Below the pieces are notes generated by a model. It did no database searches. It was given only the letters and a program-made list of their open reading frames with translations, and was not told where the DNA came from. DNA of 64,000 bases, from positions 49,538,001 through 49,602,000 of the forward strand of contig OX597826.1 of NCBI GenBank assembly GCA_951406725.2. The letters run 5' to 3'. A program made the position numbers and the translations under genes. Every line of letters starts with the position of its first letter. Position 1 is the first letter of the stretch. The stretch is from Octopus vulgaris (lineage: Eukaryota). Positions 53,333 through 64,000 of this stretch are shown here, piece by piece.

Positions 53333-53567
53333 GTTTATGTGTGTGTGTGTATGCCTGTGTTTGACTTCCACCATCGCTTGACAACCGAAGTTAATGTGTT
53401 TACGTCCCCGTCACTTAGCAGTTCGACAAAAGAGACCGATAGAATAAGTACTAGGCTTACAAAGAGTAAGTCCTGGGGTCAATTTCTTCGACTACTCCCC
53501 CCCCCCACCAGGCAATGCTCCAGCATGGCAGCAGTTAAATAACTGAAACAAATAAAAGAGTAAAAGA
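52848..53567 (+). mobile_element. SINE family B interrupted in its internal microsatellite by SINE-D
   Basis: 5' half 52848-53000, 3' half 53337-53567. Confidence 0.88.
53048..53290 (-). mobile_element. SINE family D with a V/Meta-like segment
   Basis: B box GGTTTCGATTCC; CTGCGATGGCCTGGCGTCCCGTCCAG resembles V/Meta SINE central domains as I recall them. Confidence 0.82.
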
Positions 53568-53616
<49 letters not shown>

Positions 53617-54274
53617 TGCGTGTGTGTGCGTAAGTGTGTGTGTGTGTGTATACTAACACAAAAAATTGTGTTTCACATACATATAAAACACCACACACAT
53701 GCACAAACAATTGCACACACATATACGCAAACACACAAGATCATACAATATATCAAAGCATACAAAAAAGAGAAAATGTACAACCACACACATACACACA
53801 TGCATATCATACAAAAATCAAAATTAATTCCACCTTCTTTAATATTCCTTACTGCATTCTTGACCATTACAATTTCTGTACAAAAACTCACCCTAGCAAT
53901 CCCCCGATTCAACTGACCTTTCTTCACTTTCAACTACTCATCTTCTTACATATATATATCTTTGGCTGCAAAATCATAAAATACATTGTTTAACCTCATG
54001 AAATTCTTTTCTCATAATTATCAATTATCTCCCTTTTTATGAAAATGAAATTTTCTTGTTTTTTAATTAATTTATTTATTTTTTATTTTTCCAATGCAAA
54101 ATCTTACGAACGAAAATCATCAGTATCGATTGAGTGAACTGTTTGGTGAGACTCAATGTTCCAGTCAAAACTAATGCTAGAATACACACATAGTATACAT
54201 ACATAGGCACACGCACATACACACTTACACACTCATATATATATATATACATGTATATATATATATATACATAA

Positions 54275-54343
<69 letters not shown>

Positions 54344-54399
54344 TATATACATATATACACACACACATATATATATATATATATAGATAGATATATATA

Positions 54400-54543
54400 T
54401 ATTTCTTTACTACCCACAAGGGGCTAAACACAGAGGGGACAAACAAGGACAAAGGGATTAAGTCGACTACATCGACCCCAGTGCGTAACTGGTACTTAAT
54501 TTATCGACCCCGAAAGGATGAAAGGCAAAGTTGACTTCGGCGG
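54400..54543 (-). mobile_element. 5'-truncated young SINE-A in a (TA/GATA)n tract
   Basis: Tail TTTCTTTACTACCCACAAGGGG plus body. Confidence 0.9.
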
Positions 54544-54618
54544 ATAGATATATATAGATAGATATATATATAGATACAGACATACAGACACACATATGCG
54601 CTAGTACACATATACATG

Positions 54619-54670
<52 letters not shown>

Positions 54671-55106
54671 CAGTTGTGCATATATGTATATGTATAAACA
54701 GAAGCATTCCTACATACACACATACATACATGTATACATACATACACACATACATGCATACATACATACATACATACATGCATGCATACATACGTACATA
54801 CATACATACATACATACGTACATACATACATACATACATACATACATACATACATACATACATACATACATACATACGTACATACATACGTACATACATA
54901 CATGAACATACACATATACACGCGTGGGCTTACAATTAAGCTGTGTTTTTATTTAGTACGAATTTGTATTTTGACTTTAAAGTAGAAAACATTTATAAAC
55001 AATCTTATATGTCAGCAGGGAAACTAACGCCACACGCACACACATAACACACACACTCGTACTCATATACATACCAGACATACTCTTACATACATACATA
55101 CACAAA

Positions 55107-55140
<34 letters not shown>

Positions 55141-55167
55141 CATACATACATACATACACACACACAT

Positions 55168-55232
<65 letters not shown>

Positions 55233-57356
55233 CAAACATACATACACACATACATACATACATGCATACATACTTACATACATACATAGACAAGTACACA
55301 CTCGCACAGATATATATATATATATATACATACAAACACAAGTACACTCCTACACACATTCACACGTCACGTATACCCTATACACATATACACATCATTC
55401 ATACTCGTACACACATACATCACACACGCTTCTACATACATGCACAACACGCATAGACATAAACATCCACGGAATAACAAAGAACCGTAAAGATGTAATT
55501 AATAGAAACGAAGACAAAAGCAAGCGCACACAAGCACACATAAGCGCACGCATACACACACAAATTGAGAAAGTGAAATCAAAGAAACACACTTACATAC
55601 ACATATATACACACACACATACACATACGCGCTCGCGCGCACATACTGGCCCATACATGAAAAGGAAAGAAGAAAGAGACTAGCGACAAGCAGCGAAGTA
55701 ATATTTGTGTTGATACGTTTTTAGAAGAGGCTGCACACCTGTCCTTGTGTTGGAATTATTTTCTTATCTTTTAAAGAACAGCAGGAAAACCAAAAAAAAA
55801 CAAAAAAAAAAAGAAGTAGAACAACTTTCAAACGGCCAAAATGGCGGCTGGTTTAGCCCGCAACATCTCTCTCCGCCAGCGATCTCGTCATTCCTAACCT
55901 TCTCCACTTTCATCACCGACATCGCCAACACCGCCACCAACTACTTCGTCGTTAGTGTTTCTTTAAAAGGTTAATTCCTCAAAAGAGACACCTAATAAAA
56001 ACCTTACCATTTTAGTGACAGAACACCGATAGAACTATAAAAGCCAATTTAAATCAAACCCAGACCGCTGATTTACAAAAAGAAAGAAATTTCCTTTTTG
56101 TCTCGTTCTGATTTATTTTTAAATAGCTGACAGTTTTTTGTTTTTTTTTAAGTTTTTGTCTTTCATTCTGCGCCAAGTTATTTGATTTTCCTTTTAAACA
56201 ATATGTTTTCTTCTTCCTTGTGTCGTTCTAATGGGCTCATGTTTTTGCTATTAAATCTCATTTCTTTTTTCCTTATTTATTTTACATTTTGTTGTTGGTT
56301 GGACTATAATATGTATGATAAAATGTGTACAGTGACTGAAACAAAATATGTAGTTGTATATATCTTATTGCATCGTTAATTTCTGAGTGAGAATCTCACC
56401 GAGTTCGAATCTTACCGAAGAAACCTAGTGGTGTGTTTACACCTACATTATCTATAAAGAGAATTTCTTCTTTCGAGATAACTTGTGCAGCATATTTTCT
56501 TTCGAATGTACACGGACATGTTGAATATGACTGTGCATAACTGTATTTCCTTCGACACTGTTTACTGTGCCTCTAATTAATTTATTCTAGCTTGACAAAG
56601 CTTTTCGTAAATCAGCAAATTGCCATTTCTTATCCCAACATAAGAGCGGCTAGCTATGAGTGGCCCTGAACGATGGTTCAGTGTAACAGTGCAGAAAGAC
56701 ATGCGTCCTACGTCTCAAGGACGTTCTTCATGGCCTAGTGATGTGATTATTCCAATTATTGTCTACAAAATTGATTTCTTCTCTTGAGACAGCTTGTACA
56801 GCATACTATCTTTCCATGTCCGAATGCACACGAACGTGTAAAATATGATTATATATAACTATATTTCATTTAATACTGCTTACATCACATCTAATTAAAA
56901 TAAAACAGCAATTATGTACTGGGATCAGGTGTGAATTTCTTTTCGTCGGTTCTCACTTTTCATCTGACCATAGTTGGGTCAGTTTGAATTCTTTTAGCTC
57001 TAATAGCTTTATAACAGGCTATGAAACTGCTTCGACTGCCGCAAACCAATGACTTCAGGTCTCGGTTATTTTAGCTGCCTTATCTTTCATCCAACTACTT
57101 ATAATATTTCATTGCTTGTGAGGCCATGCTGAGGGGAGTGATTCACTGCAATACAGACGTTTTTTCAACCTGCCATTAAAAGACGTCTGTATGCTTAAAA
57201 CAATTACAGAGAGAGGAACGTAGGATATATGATGGTTTTGCATACCCACTTTCAAGAATGGCATAAGAGAGACGCCGCTGCAGATCGTTTCGCCAATAAT
57301 ATTTCGTCACACTGTTTCAATACCTGTGGAGCAATTTATCACAATTTATTAAAAAA

Positions 57357-57494
<138 letters not shown>

Positions 57495-57497
57495 GTA

Positions 57498-58445
<948 letters not shown>

Positions 58446-58771
58446 CAGAAAGATAAAATTAATATTATAGACTCATTCCATGTGAAATAACTCTTGATTC
58501 GTGATGCTTCTTAAAATATTACATTTTGCAAACGGTCTCAATTTACCTGCCCGACTCTATATGTATGTGTGTATGTATGTATGTATGCATATATGTATGT
58601 ATGCATCTATGTATGCGTGTATGTATATATGTATAGATAGATATGCTATAAATATATATACATACGTATGTAAATATTTATATATATATACATATATATA
58701 ATATATATATATACTCATATCTATATATTCACATATAAAAATGTATAATAAGATGTATATGTATAAATATA

Positions 58772-58841
<70 letters not shown>

Positions 58842-58847
58842 ATATGC

Positions 58848-58900
<53 letters not shown>

Positions 58901-59008
58901 CATACACATATACACGAGTGTGTATACATACGTATTACAAATATAAACGCTTGTGAGCAACTATATGTGTATGCATTTGCGTGCATGTTTTTTGCAGTGT
59001 ATATTTGC

Positions 59009-59041
<33 letters not shown>

Positions 59042-59707
59042 TGTGTGAGAGAGAGAGAGAGAGAGAGAGGGTGAAAGAAAATGTGTGTGTTTGTGTGTGT
59101 GTGTATGTGTATGCCGCGCGCGCGTGGATGTTAAAGAAGAATACTAGAAGAGGGTGTGGATGAAGGTTTAGAAAAAAAAAAGATTTCAAATGAAGATTTA
59201 GGGTGGGGCCAAACGATTTGGTAAAGTAGAATAAAGTTAGATGGGGGTGGTGAAGGGTGAAATGAAGGTGGCGTCGGTGGCAGTGGTTTTGGTGGTGGGG
59301 TGGTAGTTGTGGTGGTGGTGGTGGTATTGGCAGTGAGGTGGAGAGAAAAGCAGAATATGTAAAAAATATTAAGAATAAAGACGTGACGGGGGAGAGGAAA
59401 TAAAAGAAAAAGAACATAAAAACAAGATGGTAGCAAATAGTAAACTAGACGAAGATAGACCACCCCCATCCAACCATGGACATCACCGCCTCCTCCAATT
59501 AAATAAATAAAAACAGTAAAGAAAGGGATAAGAAGTTGGAAGAATATGAGTGGAAAACTAGGAAGAATATGAGGAAAGAATGGGAGATTTATTGATAGTT
59601 GGCACTAAAGGACTACAAACGGGGGGGGGAGGAAACGCTTGGGATAGGATAGGATAGGGTATGAGGGTGGGGTAAATAGGCGGGTATTCCGTTTACACAG
59701 TGAGATT

Positions 59708-59753
<46 letters not shown>

Positions 59754-60671
59754 GTATGTATGTATGTATGTATGTATTTGTGTGTATGATGTGTGTAGAT
59801 GTGTGGGAGCGTGTGTGTGGGGGGGGAGGAATGATGGATAGAAATTGGCGAAAATCGAATTCCTCGATTTTTCCCTTCCAAAGTCATTGAACCATGAACG
59901 TCTGGCAACAGAGTAAGTTGCTTAGATGTGCAACGTCCAAACTCAAATGTTGTTGTTGTTGTTGTTGTTGTTATTGGTGGTGGTGGTGGTGGTGGTCATG
60001 GTCGTCGTCGTCGTCGATAATATCTTTCTTCCGGCAAACTTTGGTAATAGGGAAGAGACCAGTTGATTATACCGACCTCAGTATATCACTGGTACTTATT
60101 GCATTTAACATACTAGAAATAACGAAGGACAAGGTGAAACACTTTTTGTGTTTTTTACTTCGGTAAGAATGACATTCCTATCTATGAAGCTTAATACGAC
60201 TCTAAATAATTGGCTTGTACTTTATTTTATCGATCCTGGAAATATGCAGAGTAAAATCGAAAACGATGAGATCTGAAATGGAACAGATACCACAAGGTAT
60301 TTCGTTCGTCGCTCCACCTTTGCATACCATCCACCGACATCATCAGTAAGATACTACAGAAACCGGTCTTTATTGATGCAAATTCGTTGAATTTGGTTCA
60401 ATCGAAGTGCACACCTAACAAATGTAGTACTCAATACATCACTTCGCACAACAATAGTTTTCAACTGATAAGCTATTATCGAGGCACATGATACTAATAT
60501 TCATGTTTTGAAAAATTTCGTGTTTTCTTTTCTTTTTTCTTATTGAAAAAAAAAACCACCGGAAAACAGAAGCACGACAAAGGAACGAATAGAAAACTCA
60601 CACACAAAGCATGGACATGCTTTTTCCTCGTCAGTTATCACCCAAAAGATCATTACAATTTCACGCATTTA

Positions 60672-60720
<49 letters not shown>

Positions 60721-60723
<3 letters not shown>

Positions 60724-61130
60724 TTTTTTGGTTTATTCTTTTATTTGTTTCAGTCATTTGATTGCGGCCAAGCTGGGGCACTGCTTTAGCCGAGCAAATC
60801 GACCAGACTTACTCTTTGTAAGCCTAGTATTTATTCTATCGGTCATTTATACCAAACCACTAAGTTACGGGGACGTAAACACACCAGCATCTGTTGCCAA
60901 GCGATGTTGGGGTTACAAACCCAAACACACAAACACACACACACATACATATACATTTATACATATACGACAGGCTTCTTTCAGTTACCGTCTACCAAAT
61001 CCATTCACAAGGCTTTGGTCGGCCCGAGGCTATAGTAGAAGACACTTGCCTAAGGTGCCACGCAGTGGGACTGAACCCGGAACCATGCAGTTGGTAAGCA
61101 AGCTACTTACCACACTGCCACTCCTGCGCC
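60721..61130 (-). mobile_element. SINE family B, full length
   Basis: Reverse-complement match to 43030-43498. Confidence 0.9.
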
Positions 61131-61156
<26 letters not shown>

Positions 61157-61161
<5 letters not shown>

Positions 61162-61330
61162 CAAATTTGCAGAAAACAAATGACGAAGATAGATGAGGAA
61201 ACAACAAGCAGGTATTTTAGTGACACTCGGAAAGAATGGAAAATTCTTTGACGTTTCGAGCCTACGCTCTTCGACAGAAAGGATTGAGAAGAAAAAATAG
61301 AGATCGAAAAAAAGAGGAGAAAGAAAAATA
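61157..61330 (-). mobile_element. Mini-element family P (P2 subtype)
   Basis: Minus strand CTGTCGAAGAGCGTAGGCTCGAAACGTC...GAGTGTC. Confidence 0.75.
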
Positions 61331-61335
61331 TGTGT

Positions 61336-61397
<62 letters not shown>

Positions 61398-61398
61398 G

Positions 61399-61473
<75 letters not shown>

Positions 61474-61530
61474 GGATAGGTAGGTAGGATGGTAGGTAGG
61501 TAGATAGGTAGGTAGGTAGGTAAGTAGGTA
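61336..61530. repeat. (GATA)n grading into (GGTA)n
   Basis: Direct reading. Confidence 0.96.
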
Positions 61531-61738
61531 GGGGAAGGAGGGTGGAAGGCAAACAGAAAGACAAATAGACAGGTAGGCATGCGGACGGACAGACAGACAG
61601 ATAGATAGGTAAATAGATAGATACGTGTATGTACGTGTGTGTGTGTGTGAGTGCGCGCGCGTGCGTGATTTCTTAGATGATGGCACTTACAAAACTAATT
61701 ATGTTTCTTTTGAATTTCGAAATCATCGGAGTACTGTT

Positions 61739-61782
61739 CTGATGATTTCGAAACTGGAAGGAAATACAATGAGGCTTGTGTC
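61739..61782 (+). ncRNA. Type I hammerhead-ribozyme-like motif
   Basis: CTGATGA-TTTC-GAAACTG-GAAG-GAAA-TACAA-TGAGGC-TTGTG-TC: core boxes, stem II, 6-bp stem III and a GUC site; stem I poor. Confidence 0.45.
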
Positions 61783-61872
61783 ATCTGAATAAACAAACAA
61801 CTCCACTATAACATATGCTGTTGATTACCCTACGTTAATTAGTAGTTCTCCTATATTTGAATAGAGTATATA

Positions 61873-61923
<51 letters not shown>

Positions 61924-61927
<4 letters not shown>

Positions 61928-62150
61928 CTTTACTGCCCAGAAGGGGCTAAACATGGAGGGGACAAACAAAGACAGACGAAGGGATTGAGTCGATTATATC
62001 GCCCCAAGTGCGAAACTGGTACTTTATTTATCGACCCCAAAAGGATGAAAGGCAAAGTTGACCTCGGCGGAATTTGAACTCAGAACCTAACGACAGACGA
62101 AATACCGCTAAGCATTTCGCCCGGCGTGCTAACGTGTCTGCCAGCTCGCC
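61924..62150 (-). mobile_element. SINE family A, full length
   Basis: GGCGAGCTGGCAGACACGTTAGCACGCCGGGCG head to GGGCAGTAAAGAAATA tail. Confidence 0.92.
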
Positions 62151-62199
62151 ACATATGTATGCATGTTTTTTTGTCTGTGTGCATGTATGTATGTATGTG

Positions 62200-62232
<33 letters not shown>

Positions 62233-62584
62233 GCATATAGATGTATGTATGTTTGCATCTATGTGTGTCTATGAATGAGTGAACAAACGAACTGATAAGT
62301 GGGACGTGTCCTCCGCTCACAAAACTTTATGAATCATGCAATATGTTGTACTATAAGACAAACACTTATATTTATATTCATGATACATCTGAACCACATA
62401 TTGCCGAAGAGATCGTAATGGAGGAATAATTATAATAACTTATTAGATTTACTATGTACATGTACACAAACACTCACGCACATACATACACACGTTAAAT
62501 TCCTGAGGAACATCACGTGTTGTTTCAAGAATCGTACATTATAGAAAAAACGATCTCTGAGTAGCGAGGGAGTAATAGGTTAGA

Positions 62585-62626
62585 TTCTGATGAAGAATTA
62601 AGTCCCACTACTTGAAATGTGTAGGA
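62585..62626 (+). ncRNA. Decayed minimal hammerhead-like motif
   Basis: CTGATGAAG..CTTGAAATGTGTAGGA; could be a CpG-decayed GAAACGCGTAGGA. Confidence 0.35.
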
Positions 62627-63198
62627 GGATTAAAAGTGAATGGCGACGTCTATTAGTTGACGCCTAACGTTCGATTTCCAACTGTTGCCCTGTTTTTGGT
62701 TTTTTAGCACGAGTCTCTTGTGTGCTGTCGTCTATATATTACTTTTATATACATACATGTTTGTACATATATACATACTTGTGTGTGTATGTATAGATGT
62801 GGTTATAATCATGCGCATATATGTCTGTGTGTGTGTGTGTGTATACACACACGTACATACACGAGCACATAAATGCATATATACACCCATATTACAATAT
62901 GTACCTGCATATACATATATGTTAGTATATATATGTATATATACGCACACACAGAAATACAAGTGTATGTATATATCTAAATCTATCTATCGATATATAT
63001 CCATACACACACACACACACATATACATATATATATACATATATACATACATACATGAACATAATATACATCTTTATACGGTCTCCATGAGTATATACGT
63101 GCGTATATATACGTATGTGTACATATATATGAATGTATGTATATATATATATATATATATATTCATGCATATTCATACGTACGTACATACATATATGC

Positions 63199-63263
<65 letters not shown>

Positions 63264-63697
63264 TACATTTGTTGGTGGGTGCGTGGTGCATGCATAAGCT
63301 TGCTATTTAAATTTAAATGGTGTTTTGAAATAACAAACGAGTAACAAGATATTCTAAGACTTGGAAACAAACACGGAAACGCCTTGCGTTTACAATAAAC
63401 CCTTTGAGGATGTCAAAGTAGAAAACTACCATGTTTATTCATGCCAACAAAACGAGGTACCGTAATGAAAGTTTATAAGCTTCAGCTATGTATGTGCGTA
63501 TGTGTATCTGCTTGTGTGTGTATGTGTGTGTGTGGGTGTGTGAAATGATGGAATATAAGCACCTGATATATATCGTAAAACAATATCAGAATGATACATA
63601 CGCATACATAGGTAAATATTACACACACATACACATAGAACACACAAGCACACACACACATGCATATATATATATACATATATATACATATATATAT

Positions 63698-63761
<64 letters not shown>

Positions 63762-64000
63762 GCGTATATGTGTATGTACACAATGAGCTTTTACAAGGAA
63801 AGAAAGATTCAGAGTGACTGCGGAGTTTCGGGTTGTTTCGCTCTGCAGACAACAGAAATAAAAACAACAGCAACAACAACATCAGCAGCAGCAGTAGCAG
63901 TAGCAGCAGCAGCAGTAACAGCAACAACAACAACAAGGGCAACGACGACAATAGGAAATTTCATGAAAATATTCTTCCTGAATTTTTTTTTTTTTTGAAA

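Noticed and set aside
57151-57192. Hairpin as a pre-miRNA (also 13278-13324)
   Set aside because: The stems are only about 15 bp or heavily bulged, and I recognise no mature sequence.

Overview
AT-rich eukaryotic intergenic or intronic DNA, very likely from an octopus (inferred from the tRNA-derived SINE families and the extreme microsatellite load; no database check possible). I can support no intact host protein-coding gene, and nearly all ORFs in the track are translations of simple repeats. The window is a mosaic of microsatellites, four tRNA-headed SINE families (my labels A-D), several non-autonomous Helitrons plus a Helitron RepHel pseudogene, 3' fragments of RTE-like, CR1-like and Tx1/L1-like LINEs, a Tc1/mariner-like MITE, short elements carrying hammerhead-ribozyme-like cores (Penelope or retrozyme-like), and one 100-N assembly gap. 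Best leads: (1) a young SINE-A form shares its 3' end with a Tx1-like LINE and repeatedly lands at two fixed positions inside older SINE-A copies; (2) a dispersed mini-element family with a variant hammerhead core; (3) recurrent short fold-back palindromes at element breakpoints; (4) an RTE-like LINE with three C-terminal C2H2 fingers sitting in (ATGT)n. All are hypotheses. Boundaries of decayed elements are approximate.
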